A DNA stretch of 64,000 nucleotides from Spongospora subterranea f. sp. subterranea (GCA_049724395.1 JAUGWO010000048.1:1-64000); one strand, 5' to 3'; counted from the stretch's first letter, positions 42,181 to 55,786 are shown. Numbers and translations are program-made. The notes: generated by a model not told the origin, from the letters alone.

Positions 42181-42502
42181 TCACAATTTTTGATTTTCGA
42201 CACAGCGCCACCGCCACGCTAATGACTCCGTAGCTGCTCTGAATCGAAGTTTTGAGGAGACGTTAAGAGGGAGGACCCATCGACATACGATTGGGGGCTG
42301 CTCTTGGTAACACGATTGTGGCACTGTACCAGGCTCAACTGAGAGGGGGAAAAGAGGGACCGGGTCCATCATGGAACATGGACAGGGGGGAAGAGACGGA
42401 GATGGGCACGGGGGCCGGAGGACATGGGACGGGGGAATCATAGAACACGCACAGGCTCTGATGTTTGATACGACTACAGTACTAGTATATTGAATATATT
42501 AA

Positions 42503-43412
42503 TCACTTGTTGGCCTCACTTCCTTTCTTTGTTGCCCCTTGTGCAACCGACTTGATATTGTTAGCCAGATTCCCGACGCCTTTGACGGCGAACTTGGCCA
42601 ACACTTTGGCGGCTTGCACCGGCGTTATGTCAGGGTCTGTTGAGTTAGGAGCCTGTTGTATGCCTTGAGGCCCAGCCACGGCCGGATAAGACCTCTTCGA
42701 CTAAGTGGATAAAAAGCAAATTATTTTTCGGGTTAGAGCGACAATCTGTATATCAAAGTACATTATCTTCTTCTTGATACGGCGGTGGTGGATCATCAAC
42801 TGCAATTACAACAGGTTGAGCTCCGATAGGTGCATTTTTACTTCTAGAAGGGAGGGGTGCTGGTTGCTCTTGGGGGACAGTAGGTTCTGCATCGACCTCG
42901 TCTTCGCAACAGCAACGGATACAGCACAATGGTGCACAAGGTAGAGCGCATCCCAAACCAAATGGATGTGCCTCAGCATCCATGTTTGCCCGATGATTCC
43001 TGGCTTCGATGCTGTCATCACAGCATGGATCACAATGGCATCCTGTGGGCCAGCACCTTTCCGAACATTAGTTTTATACCTATGCAGGATCTTGATGCAG
43101 AGCAACCAACCAGAAAAAAGGATTATGAGGAAAACATATCGCAACATGGGTGGCCCTGGACTTTCTTCCGGTTCCCGCACACAGACCTGCATTTGGACAT
43201 TGATTTACATTGAAACCTGACAGAATATTAACATTCTGTGCACCTGTATGTGGAGGTTTCCTGATGGTATGCCTCCAACAACACAACCATCCGCAAAGGC
43301 ATGAACAGTGGGAAATACATCGTGCTGTTCGAAACCAAAACCGGAAACGGTACATGTACCATATCAAGAATATTGACACTGCTAGGACAGCGATGATCCA
43401 ATCGTAAAACAT
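42503..43412 (-). CDS. Small membrane protein with Cys clusters and PPxY motif
   Basis: Hydrophobic segments, CISHCSCLCGWLCCW, PCAPLCCIRCCC and PPPPY. Spliced; the 5' end is uncertain. Confidence 0.55.
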
Positions 43413-43761
43413 TGCAAACGCATTTGAGAATTTGGTACTGTATGTATATCTGGCGTATAACGTCTAGAATATGCTTCCCGACACAGAAATATGCGAGCAG
43501 TTTGTGCATGTGTTTGGCAAAGGACCGAAAGCGGTTTGTTACGTTCATACGTCGTGACTTGTAGATGCTCTTGGGAAATGTGAATCCCCCCCAGCCACTC
43601 GTCGCATCCAGCGGCAGGATGATTGCGGAGACCCCACATTGCTGAATGGAAACCAAGCTAGGAATTGTGATAAAAAACTGAATGTTGGATATTTGCTGAT
43701 ACTTTAATGAACACGATTATCTGTTATTTTTTCTGACGTCACGAAGCACTTTGACTTGCTT

Positions 43762-45150
43762 CTACGCAAAAAACAGTTTCGCAATTTCGAGTTGTGGTTG
43801 CATTTTGGCCATCTCGAGTACGGCACAAAATGTTTCGTCGTTCAAGACACTAGGAAGCCGAATGTCCTCAAGTATATGGTGAAAAGCTTTTCTGATTGAA
43901 AAACAATCCAGTTCCACTTTATTATGTTGAGCGTAATTCAAATGGGGATAGGTGACGGTTATAAATGTCTGCCAAATCGGTGACTGTGCACCCACGAAAT
44001 GCTGCCTTATACCCGAGATGTCTGAAAACCAGCGCCCATTGGTCATCCGTGAGCTACAAAATAAAACAAATAAGCAATTCGAAATACAACAGATTGCATG
44101 CCAAACCTTGCTGTACCCGCCAAGAACGGCGACAGTATGGAACAATGCCCATAGATCGACAGGTTTACCTTGAAACAATAGTTTGCATTGGGCAATATTG
44201 TCACGCAGCGATTCTTGACGAAACAATTCCAATTCCTCCAGAAAAAACGTTTTTTCTGCCTCGTAACTCCTTGTGCAATTGATACATCGATAATCATCGG
44301 AATCAGACCCAAATGGCGCATGTACATGACAGTAGCTAAAAAACAAAATTAGGTCGGATTATAAAATTTTTATTGCGAATACCTTATCCAGCAAGCTCTA
44401 CAACTAACAGCAGGGTTTGGGCTACGGCACAAGGAGCAAAGATGCTGTGGACATTTCCACTTCCCCGAAGGAATTCGTGCCTAACATGTGAACAGTATTG
44501 TTGAAAACTCGATCGAAGAACAAAAAATCGTTACCAATGCAACACAATCTGGATGATATAGCCGGCCACATCCGGCAACGTCACAGACAAGAACGGTCCC
44601 ACCAGTCTAAATATAACACGTTAATACTACAAATTCCATTTGGTCATGAAAGCTGCACTACTTTACAAATCAAACAATGTTCTTCATCTTCTAGCCTGGA
44701 TCGTCGATTCTTGCCACTGTGTCTCGGGTTGACGCCAATTATCCTGAAGAAATCATAAATAAACATCAAAAGAAACGAAAAATCATGCCTGTTCGGTGGT
44801 TGTGCGCATTTCGGGACATCAGCAAGATTTAAAGCAGCGGTTGTGTTGTGAAGACAAGAGTGGAGCAAGGTAAGGGCAACTTCTTGATCGACTTCAATTT
44901 GTGGAGGAAATCGATACCCTGCAATGCGTTAACGATGATAAAGTATCTGGCTTCATGGTAAGCCACCAACGCAGTTCATTCAAAAACATCTCGGTACTGT
45001 CCACATCTTCGGGGCGTTGTCTCCATACCAACTCGCCACATTTACGATTTTTATCGTCTTGCCCTGATTGACGAATAGTGGCCTAACAAATCACTCTTGA
45101 ACCATCGAACAAAAAAGACACAAAACCCAAAAAATGTTTAGATACACCAT
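43762..45150 (-). CDS. PHD / C5HCH-like zinc finger plus ARID domain chromatin protein
   Basis: HCLICK...CDVAGCGRLYHPDC...WKCPQHLCSLC...CRACW.SYCHVH and ARID-like GKPVDLWALFHTVAVLGGYSKV. Confidence 0.75.
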
Positions 45151-45586
45151 CCCTTCTAACCTGATATCGCTCCCCAATCCTGGAGTGACGAACAGGATGT
45201 AAAATTTCGCTGGGGCCATCAGCCCAAGCGGTTTCACCCATCAACCGTAAGTTAGCTGCGCCCAGGCCGCCGTTGTTTGGCTCGACCGTTCTAGCAGAAC
45301 GCCCTCCTCCCTATACCCAACCAATTAAATGTGAATGTGCCGTACCCAATACAATAAGGAATAACCTGTCCTATGATAGAGCTGATATTGGTACTAATGT
45401 TACAGACTGACCTGAATCATAAATTCATGATACCATCAACTGGTAACAGAACTGATATGATGAGATAACTTATTTTAGGGCTGTTGGATATTAGTGTTGG
45501 TGAATATGGCGTTAGGACTTGTTAACCAGAGGTGAGGAATATTTATTGGATACCGTGAGGTTCGGTCAATCCGTTCAATTCTATTG

Positions 45587-46936
45587 ATGATGATTTATAA
45601 TCGGAATATATTGATATTTACGTTGTTGATCTTCGTTTCGGTTAGGTTGGCGGAAGTGGACAAGCCGTCGTTCGACATAACGGCTCGTGGCGGTCATGGA
45701 ATGCAACATGGTGAGCGCCATCAGCATCATGTCCCAACCTCGCCAGCTCCTGAAGATACGGATTCGAGGGGTCGCAGATTTAAGAAAAGAGAATGTACTA
45801 CACGTTGTGCAGGAGATCAACGATGCATATCACAATGTTCAGGGAAATCCCAGCAAAAGTCCAGATGCCAGCGCAGGTGCAATCAAGATCAGGCATGTTT
45901 GAAATCCTGTTCTGCGACAACAGGATGCCGTCAGAAATGTCAAGGAGATCAAGGCTGTATCTCGAGCTGCAATCAGAAGCAAAAAAGCCGAGATTGCCAA
46001 AGAAACTGCAAAGGCAACCAGCAATGTGTCGCAAATTGTAAACAGCAGGGAGGCAAGGGCTGTAATAGTAAATGCCGGCAGAAATGCCAGAGGCAATGCC
46101 AAGGCAATTCACAATGTCTGAAACAGTGCATTCAACAAGGTTCGCGGCGGCGTGATTGCCAAAAAGAATGTAAGGGAGATCAACAATGTTTAAACAAATG
46201 TAATGAGGATCAAAGCTCGGCGGAAACTGGAGACGGAACAGCAGGGGCTGGTGGCGCCAGTCCTGGGGCCGGTGATACCGGAGGTGGTGATCAAAATGGA
46301 GGCGCAAAGGGAGGTGGAACTGGGGATGGAGGCGCAAAGGAAGGTGGTGCTGGGGATGGAGGCGCAAAGGAAGGTGGTGCTGGGGATGGAGGCACAAAGG
46401 AAGGTGGTGCTGGGGATGGAGGCGCAAAGGAAGGTGGTGCTGGGGATGGGCAAACCCCTGGCGGCGCTGATAGCGGCGATACAGACGCAGGTACGGCTGG
46501 AGAAGATAAAGGTGGTACAGGAACCGCAGGAAACAGTGGTGCTGGGGCAGCAGATGGAGATACAGGAACTACGGGCACGACCGCACCAGAGACAGGGAAC
46601 TCTACCTTGAACGCCACCGCGACACCTGTTCCAACACCTCTACCAACTTCCGGCACAAACCGAACAAACGCAACCCAGGGTTCTTGTCTCCGACTATTGA
46701 TGGTGAAGCATGATGATTGACATTGTCATTGAGCAGGCGGATCAACACAGCAATGTTTCTTAAATTGCGGTACGAAATGCGAAGATGCCCAGTGTTTAAG
46801 AAAGTGTCAAAGGAACTGCAAAAAAGAACAGTGTGTTGTTGATTGTGGAGCGAAATGTGGAAAGAAGACAAATGCGCGAGGGTTCGATCCGAGTTGTTTG
46901 AAGTCGTGCATCGAGATATGCCAAACGCCATTATAA
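45587..46936 (+). CDS. Secreted cysteine-rich modular protein with Gly-rich linker
   Basis: Signal peptide [15 protein letters not shown], six CX3CX5CX3C modules and Gly-rich repeats. Intron 46680-46736 leads to a final exon with four CX3CX3C motifs. Confidence 0.85.
46298..46447 (+). repeat. Coding 30-bp tandem repeat x5 ([10 protein letters not shown])
   Basis: GGAGGCGCAAAGGAAGGTGGTGCTGGGGAT units at a 30-bp period. Confidence 0.95.
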
Positions 46937-47064
46937 ATTACAAACAGAAACAATTCAGGCCGATGTTTAGAATAAAAAATTGAGATATTCAGTGTGTATT
47001 GAAACAGATTATGGTTAAATGGAAGCGGACAACGATATTGTGAAAGAAAGTTATGCTTTGAGTT

Positions 47065-49319
47065 TTAGAAGTCATGATGTTCGACAATATTCTGAAGAGA
47101 TGCTCGGCAGGCGATATTCGCTTGTAGCTTTATGCATGCAAGGTAGAGCCCGGAGAGCTATAACAGAATTGAGAGTTGAGACAGCACGAATCTTGAATAA
47201 ACTGATATCTACCTTCCTATGAAGTGCATAGGCTTCCACTGGGGGAGGAGTCAGTCTGTGTTCAAGCATTGTTCTCGCCAAAGCGGAAAGGCGTGACGGT
47301 ATCGATGAGTGAGCAAAATTGTACCTATCATGAACTGAGCTACACTACCATCTGGCGATACGTATTTAGTGACTGCCGCTCACGTCTCTGTTCGAAAGGG
47401 CTCACCAACGACAAGGGCACTTTCGACATGGGCTTCAAGCATTACTTTTGATTCCTGCCCTGTCCCTAACTGTTAGTAACTTCAAATAAACGGTGAATTG
47501 CATTACCGGTCAAGAATCCTAACGCAATGGAATGCTCAAGAATTGCATCCCTATCGGTATTGGCACATGCCCATACCATCGATAGATAATGGCGCAGGAA
47601 CTTTTCATCGTATGTTGAGCAGGATCCAAAGTCAAGTAGATAGATTATGTCCAAATGCGGGTTATATCTATATAGTCAAGAATTCGGAAGACATTGGTGA
47701 AGTACAGCGCTAAGTACTTACAAAAAATTGGCCCAATTCGGATCAGTTTGCATGAACTTAAACTCGAATAGTTCCATTAAGCATAGGCGAAGAAGTCTCT
47801 GGGCAACGGCATCACGACGTTCTGGCGACATTGTGCTGACTTTGTCCAGCTCAACTCCGTTAACGAACTCTGCAACAATTGGTTTTAAACACCATGACAC
47901 TAAACTCACAAAGCGTTGCACCTGAAGTTAAAACCCGCTTCGACGATAGAGCTTCGTATACTTTTGGAACGACGAAGTCATGATTTTGACTTACCAGTTC
48001 CGCGAATTTGACCTGATTTGCCAGCTCAATTGTGTAATCACACTCGCGAGACAACTCATTATGGGCGACCTCCAAAAGGTTGTCAATATACAGCCCTGAG
48101 AGTAAGCCAAATGAGAATTATTAAAAAGCGTGTTCCTTTCATGTACCTTTGGGAAAGACGTTCGTAAACTGCAGTATGCGTTTTACGTTGAGTAGATCAC
48201 TTTTGATAGAAGTTGCCACTCCTGCTCAAAAAGTCAGCGGATATCACATCACAATGAGCAGCTCAGACCTGGATATTGCACTTTGAGAACTACATCTTCT
48301 CCCGTTTTTAAAGTGGCTCGATGGACCTGGCCAATTGATGCAGCCGCAAGAGGAGTGAAATCGAAAGAGCCCAATTTCGATTCCCAGTCTGGATTACAAA
48401 GACATTGAACAGCCATAAAAAACAAAACGTGGGATGAAACACCTTTGCCGAGGTCTTCTTCGAGGACAGAAACAAGCTGTTCTCGAGGCATGGTATTGGC
48501 AGATGAACGAACTCGATCAAGAATTTTCTATAAACGGACATTGAGCAGGGCAGAACAGAGGACAACGCAAATCGAATAAGAAACAGAAAAGCACGGGATG
48601 TCGTGCAAGAACGTTCTCAAGATATATCAAAACTAGTGGGATACTTGAAATTCTGGGGGCACCAAGCTCTCATCTTGAATACTGAGCATTTGGCCTAGTT
48701 TCAGCGCCGCTCCCCTCATTCGGCACAATCCCGCTGTTAGACGCTCAGCATTCGCAGTAGTCAAGAAAGGAGACCCTAAACCATTAATTATATTGTCGGC
48801 AATCTGAGAAGCGTCGAAATTGCAAATTGACCTGCTAAAGAAGTTGACGAGGTCGGGGAAAACTTGACCACACGACGTGCGGCTTCTGTCACTGCACCCA
48901 TAGCCAATGACATCGACAAGGTTCCAAATTGAAAGATGCGTTCGGCAGGACTTGACGCCACACGATTCTCTGTGAATTTATCCGATCGAGGCTGCTTGAA
49001 ATTTTTCAAATCATCTTCGCCAAAATTATCGGGAAATCTGACCCAACCAAAAAAGATTTAAAATTGGAAAATGCCTGCAACCCTGACAATACCAAGGAAA
49101 GTGATACCTCGGTTTATCTGTGGCAGGAGGAGCGTCCACCGGGATCTGCGAAGCATCTGCCGGAACCACAGGTGGGTGAAATCGTTGGTCAAGTTTCGGA
49201 ATCGCAGCAACAATGGATTTGAAACATTGTCCTGCTAGCTCAGTGGCGACGAGAGCGGCGCCAGCTCCAACCCTGGTTAAGGAGCTGGCTTTTGGCCCAC
49301 AAATGCTCGGCCCGACCAT
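47065..49319 (-). CDS. COQ8: COQ8/ADCK3-4 UbiB-family atypical kinase
   Basis: [55 protein letters not shown] and [19 protein letters not shown]. Confidence 0.93.
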
Positions 49320-49804
49320 TCGTACTGGCCTTAATCAGTCGAGCAGTCGAACTGCGTGCTCTGCCCCCCTCTCTTCCAGCAACAATCACTCATGTTGGCT
49401 TGGTACAGCATCCCTCATGTCCCGAACGGTCCCCATCGTGTTCGGTTACCTGCCTGTGTCGCTCTACCCTGTCGATGTTCCCTGTTTGTAACCTGTCTGT
49501 GTGTTACTTCGCTTCAGTCTCTCCATCCTGTTTGGGTGTATCGTTATTATGCCTGTGGGTTACCCCTGTCGTATCGTTATTATCCCCTGTTGTATGTGTC
49601 CTATATCTTGTGATGCCTTTGACAATGTAGCTACATAAATACCTGAAAATGGTCAAACCTCTTTCTGTTTGTTCAGCCTATACCCATTCCCTTGCATATA
49701 GTTGCAACACATACGAAAACTGCCGATTATAGAAGCTTGCTGGAGTCTTGCTGATAGTTTAGAATGACGTATCTGAGCCACCTTCGATCACCGTTTCCGG
49801 GCAG

Positions 49805-50821
49805 TTATTGCTGTGCTTTATTGAATATATAAGTATACGAGGAGAAGGGATTTAATCGTAATCGCTTGGCGTTAGCATCGGTTGTCTTGTGGCTGTATCC
49901 GGGGAACTCGTCTTCTTTGAATGGTAGCTTCACTTTCAACGTCAGTCCAGCTTCTTCACCAAGTTCTGCTATACCCCTGAAAATTGCATAAGTCATTACA
50001 TCATTATCGTAAAGGACCACTTTTTATAAAACGAACCAGCTTGAATACGGAGGCCTGTCCTTGATTGTAACCATGATCAGCCCATTCTCTCTTATTACTT
50101 TCTGAGAACTAACAAAAAATTGCCCGACCATTGCACGGTTGAGGTGAACCCGCTGCATACCGACATGTGGAAAGTTGAATAAAACGCCTAAAAACGATCA
50201 GATAATACTCAGAAGTCTGTCAAAAATGTGTCTGTACGATTAAATTTTTCGTTGAAATTCGTTTCTAGTTTTGTAGCATCAATATTATGGCGAATAACCA
50301 CGTTATCGCATTCCATATTTTGTATGGCGTTAATATGTCTCTTGGCATCAGGGTACTTGGTTATCAACGTGGCGGCACTATCGAATGATGTACAAGTCAA
50401 TCGCTCAGATGAATTTTTCTGACGAATACCACAAACAGCGTGGCTGAAGCTGAAGTCGCCATCTCCAACGATCAGCACATCTGAACGCAAACGTCGGAAA
50501 CAAGCCTCAGGGACGACCGAAGAATAATCACCTGATGATGCCAGTAAACTGCGAATTGAAAGTGTCGCATTGGAAGATGGTGCTTTAATCACCGGGAAAA
50601 GAAGGTCGAGCACGCTGCAATCGCACCTTTTCCTGTCGCCTTTTCCTAATTTTATCGCGCTTTCCCATCTGACGACGGTGACTTTGGAACGTCGAATTCG
50701 CTGATATTCGAGATTTTGTCAGTTATATTGCGCCAGAGGGTGATTGATCCGTTAGCGCAGTTTTTGATTTTCATCCACTTTTCATCGTCTTCATTTTCAT
50801 CCACTTTTTCATCGTTTTCAT
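49805..50821 (-). CDS. BMT5/DUF2431-family 25S rRNA uridine-N3 methyltransferase
   Basis: VLIVGDGDFSFS, IDATKL, LFNFPHVG and FPGYSHKTT. Start approximate. Confidence 0.85.
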
Positions 50822-51319
50822 CCTTACGGTAGCAGCGCCGAAAAAGGGGAGGATTTAATCGTGATCACTTTTGATCATTCTGCACTTTTGAGCTCTTCTC
50901 ACAGTAAGAAGCCGCGGCACTGCCTTATCACATGAACAGTATGTATGAAACCCATGAAATAATTTCGTGATAATTCGTGATTGGTTTCGTCCCGGGCATT
51001 AGATTATCTTCGGTTCCTGGTTACGGATTCACCGTGCTACATGATTCTTATGTTTTACTTATATTACTAGGGTTCACAATCAGTTTTTTCATTATGTAGA
51101 GGAACATTTGAATTTCTCAAATATTCCCATGGTATGATTCCAATTTAACAATTCGATTTGCGACCTGGAACAGTCCCGGGAATGACTCGAGGCATAATAA
51201 AAATTAATTGTGAACCCTTTTATCCCCCACCTCATGTCATGATTGTGTTGCTAAAGATTGGTACCCACTGTTTCTGCTGCGGTTACGGGTTCACTGTTCT
51301 ACATGATTCTTTCGCAATC

Positions 51320-51413
51320 TGAAACAAATTCTCATAGCCAGGATTGTCCCAACGCAGCTTTTGAGCAACCTAAAGCTGCAGCGGGACAATCCTGGCTATG
51401 AGAATTTGTTTCA
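51320..51413. repeat. 94-nt near-perfect hairpin (31-bp perfect stem plus 8-bp inner stem)
   Basis: TGAAACAAATTCTCATAGCCAGGATTGTCCC / GGGACAATCCTGGCTATGAGAATTTGTTTCA, with inner GCAGCTTT / AAAGCTGC. Confidence 0.93.
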
Positions 51414-51924
51414 AGAATTTCAAAGCCGACGGCAGAACCACGGCACGAATTTTGACGAGCAAGGCTGCATTTCTAGTAGCCGCCATCCCCCGTTTGTTGA
51501 TTGAACGTCATCTTGCGGTCGTTCAAATAAAAAGGGTTTTCGCTGATGGCACGGCCGGAACATTCAAACCTCAATTATCCATGACAACACGAATGGCGTT
51601 CCTCAGTCAATCCGCAACTGCGTAATCCTACACAGTGACCAGTGTCGCGGCCTCCTCGCAAAGGTGCCAAGTGCTCAAAAGTGATCGCCCCAAAAATCAA
51701 AGTTCAAAAAAGGCCTAATAACAACAACCAGAAAAGCCCCTCCAGGCCATAATATCCTCATTTTAGTATGCAAAGGGCCTCGTGCAGGCACAGCTCCACT
51801 TTTCGACGTTTTTACGCAACCAAATTACTTATTCTCCTGAATAAACGTGAGCAAGTGCGTTTTAAATAGCCAGCAGCCTCATCGCTTATCCAGTTATGCT
51901 CACGACAGCATCTGTTGAAAAATC

Positions 51925-53056
51925 ATGCCTGACGTTTATGATCATGTGAAATCAGCGGCATATTTCACATTAATTTGATCCGAACAAGCTGAACGAATCT
52001 ATAGAATCCCTGATCGTAAACCAATGCAGTCCGAGCCATGCAGTCTCAAAATGATCTGGGTGTAACAGGTGCCCCACAGTCCGCGGTATCGTATGAACAG
52101 TGAGTGGGCTCTGCGGATCTGATGGAAATCACGTGACCCAGTGTGATGTCGATAGAGACGATATTAACAGCTAACGAACAGGTCATATTTGCAGACAGGC
52201 CACAGCTATATTCCCTCATCAAACGGGTAAACGACAGGGTTCGTCAATCAGATCAAGGCCTTGCCGACGCGCAGCACCAGCTGCGGTTAGCCAAAACGGG
52301 CCTGTATAAAAAACGGCTGATAATCAATGCTCTCAATTCAACTCATGCCAATCTCGTTAATGAAGCCTTGTATGAGTCAATTATTTTGCCGTCTACCTCT
52401 AAAAATGTAAGGAATTATGCAAAGGCGTGTCTCGCATGTAGCTCCGTTTGAAGGCATATATGTCTCAGGACAGCTCTAGTTCCATCAAGACGCTAACAGA
52501 CGTTCAATCGCATGTACAACAGCTAAGTGATCAAATTCGAGAGTATCTGGGATTGCAACCCGGAAAATCCATATCTCGTGAAGTTGAAAGGCTTCAAGCG
52601 CGTTTGACTAAAACCCAGGAACAATCAGTGGACAAGACAGCAGCGATACACTCAATGCTCTCGATTATGCACGATATATTGCGGAAGACTATTGACATAT
52701 CGACAGAATTGCTAATCGTGCATAAACTTCAGCGACAGCGTTGCATGGACGAAACCCTGGTTGAAATCCTGAAGCAGCGCGCCATTACCTTCGAGCTAAA
52801 GCTGCAAGCCATGACGGGGCGAATTTTGGAAGACACGTACACACAGTCTTCTCTGGATGCATTGAAATGCATCAAAGACATACTCGACCGTGATATTAGT
52901 CAAAAGCAAAGCGAAGTGTTATTAGTCAGAAATCAGGTTGCACAGTACGAAGGTATCTCGGAATTCGGCGCCATTGTCAAAGAGTACGCTGAGCTCAGGA
53001 AAAATATCGCCATTCAGAAAGAACTCATTACGCAATTTGACGCTTGTTCCACATAA
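51925..53056 (+). CDS. HAUS4: Augmin subunit HAUS4-like coiled-coil protein
   Basis: LKLQAM...ILEDTYTQSSLDALKCIKDIL...QYEGISEFGAIVKEYAELRKNI. Confidence 0.7.
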
Positions 53057-53274
53057 AGCTCACTGTGTATTTTGAAGGTTTATAGAACCTCAGTCTGTCG
53101 GTTTTATTCTCGCTGACAACTGTTCAACGGTTTCATACCATGTAGCAACAATGTTTAAGCAAGCTAGGTCCCCTTTTGCTGTGATATCAATCATGGTCCT
53201 GTGACCGCGATAAACCTTATTGTTGTCGGCGTACTGAACTTGATCGAGCATTAGTGGGTAGTTGCATTAAGGCA

Positions 53275-55786
53275 ATGTCTGATTCGCCATCATCGTCGAT
53301 TCCGACCTGGAATGTCTATATCCAGGATGAAGGTGGATATGTCGGCAAGCACCTGGTGGAAGCCATCCGAGAGCGGTCAGCTCATTGGGACGGAGGTGCA
53401 GAGGCACCGGCGTCGTCTGATGACGACCCGACCACAATCACCCGGCGATTAGTCGTAATCAATTCCGAGGGCAAAACTACTGAAGACTGCATTGACCAGG
53501 CTGATCTGATCGTTGTCAACGCGTTTCATGATGTTGAGTCGGCAATCTCATTGGTGAAATTTATTCGCAGCGCGAGATTATCAAGAGCGAAAACGTTGGT
53601 CTGCTTGTCGACAGTATTGACCTGGGGCGGATCAACCTTCAATGAGGACACAACCGCCAATGAACAGTCCTTCCGCAGTCGAATCCCGATGTCGGCAGTC
53701 GTTCGACATAAACTCTTGGAGACATTGACGATCAACTCCTCGCGGGATCTCTTATCGACGTTTGTGATTGCGTCTGGGGTATTATATGGTGATGGGGAAA
53801 TGGAGTTTCATTCCCTGTTCAGACAGGTTTGTTTCTACCGGGCAAATGGCTTCCATGATGTCGTTGGTGAGACCGATGTCAGGCATGGCTTGGCGATAAT
53901 CCATCATTACCAATATATGGGTCGGGCGCTAATATCATCCCAACAATTCACGTCAAGGATTTGGCCACGATATTCGTCAGATACTGCGAACGCCCTCAAA
54001 CTCAATCGCCGTATATTATTGCGGTTGACAAGGTCCTAGCAATGATGTGTCGATCGCTCTGGTTTGACCCCTGATCCTGGTAATAGTCGAGATCAACCCA
54101 GAAGGATATCGTTGGAACAATATCATCCAATCTAGGAAGCGGTCAGGTGGCTGCACTGGATGAGGCAGAAGCCGTCAACAGCAAAGACTCCATCCAACCT
54201 CATATCGCGTTGGCTAACATCATCATTGACCAGAAGGATTCTTTCGTGTCCTCTTTGGAAATGGAATGGCGATCCGAACAGGGTAAAGCTACATTTATCC
54301 AATTTTCTTGATCCCAATTTTACAACGAAAAACAAACGATGATGGTTTGATCACATATGTGTTTGAACGTTCACGAAGTAAATATGTGAAGCTCTTCCTT
54401 GATATTGAATAATGACAATCCCGCGCTGGGTTTACTAATCGCTGGGGGCTCTGGAACAGGAATTATCCCATCAATCATCGCCGTGATCGACCAATACATC
54501 ACTGCTCGTAACCTACAACCGCTTCGTGTCTGCCTGATCGGCCCTCCCGGATCGGGCAAATCCAGATGGGCATTGAAACTCGCCTCCCATTTTTATCTGC
54601 CTCATATCAACATCAAGAACGTCCTCACGAAAGCCAAAGACGCTGGTACTGATCTTCAACTCGGCAAAGACGGGTAAATGACTTCCTGTTTTGTTTTTTT
54701 GTCGCAAAACGTGTTCGTGAAGATGTTGTTGATAAAGATGTTGATCAGACGCGCCCCAATTGAAGTCGTCGCTGGATTGGTTCGGTCTGAGCTGGGTCGC
54801 AACGAGGTGCTGAACAAAGGCTATATTCTGGACGGGTATCCACGATCATTAGAGGAGGCGAAAGCGCTATTTGAGGTTCAAGAACAAGGTCCCAATGGTG
54901 GTGATGAGGAGTCAGAACAACCACAAGGTTTGGCAGTTGCTGCTCCATATTGTACTCTATCCACACTCATGTCGTGATCATCTCCATCAGCGAAACGCTC
55001 CGTAAATTTGAAACCAGATCGCGTGATTTACCTAACGACGCCCGAGACGCTTGCGCTAGCCCGAGCTAAAGAGAGTAAAGACACGATCGCTGGACATAAC
55101 GATGAAAAAGGGCAAAATCGTCGAATGATGGTCTGGAACAAGTTAGGTGTCGACAATAACCCGCGAACATATTTCGGTGCGCTGGAGATTCTTGACATGA
55201 ACGGATCGGATCCCGACAACACCATTCAGGACGCCATGATCAGTTATGTACAAGGGAATAATCCCCCTTTCAATTACCATCCCACCGACCAGGAGCTCGC
55301 CGCTGAAGCCGCAGCAAAGGCCCTCGATCTACAAAGGCAACAGCAACAACACGAGGATCAACGACGAGAACATGAAGCGCAATTAGAAAAAGAAGCTCGT
55401 GAACACGCCAAGAAGGTCGGTTTCAACACTGTTTAACCAGTTGGGTTTTCCCATTTTCAGTCAGTTTATGAGGTCGATTAAATGTTTTATAGGCGGCGGA
55501 GAGAGAGACATTATTGGCGGAATTGGCGGCTAAGGAACGGGTTGCAATTGAGCTAAGAGCCCGACCGCTTCGTGATTACCTATCGGAGAATATTCTGCCC
55601 TTCGTCGTGGATGGGCTCGTCGAGATCGCCAAACTCCATCCCGACGATCCCATTGATTACTTGGCCGAATACCTGTTCAAGTGCAGCGCCTCTATATCAA
55701 GCAAGTCTCCAATATCGGCGCCGACATCTTCCGCCAATGAGCCGATACCAATACCAACGCAATCCGAATTATCAACCTCAACTTAA
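53275..55786 (+). CDS. AK7: Adenylate kinase 7 (axonemal)
   Basis: N-terminal Rossmann-like region (LSTVLTWG, SGVLYGDGE), P-loop GPPGSGKS, GYILDGYPR and C-terminal Dpy-30 motif PLRDYL...P.DPIDYLAEYLF. Confidence 0.93.

Noticed and set aside
45798..46656. His/Pro-rich minus-strand ORFs
   Set aside because: Antisense readings of the Cys/Gly-rich gene and its 30-bp repeat.
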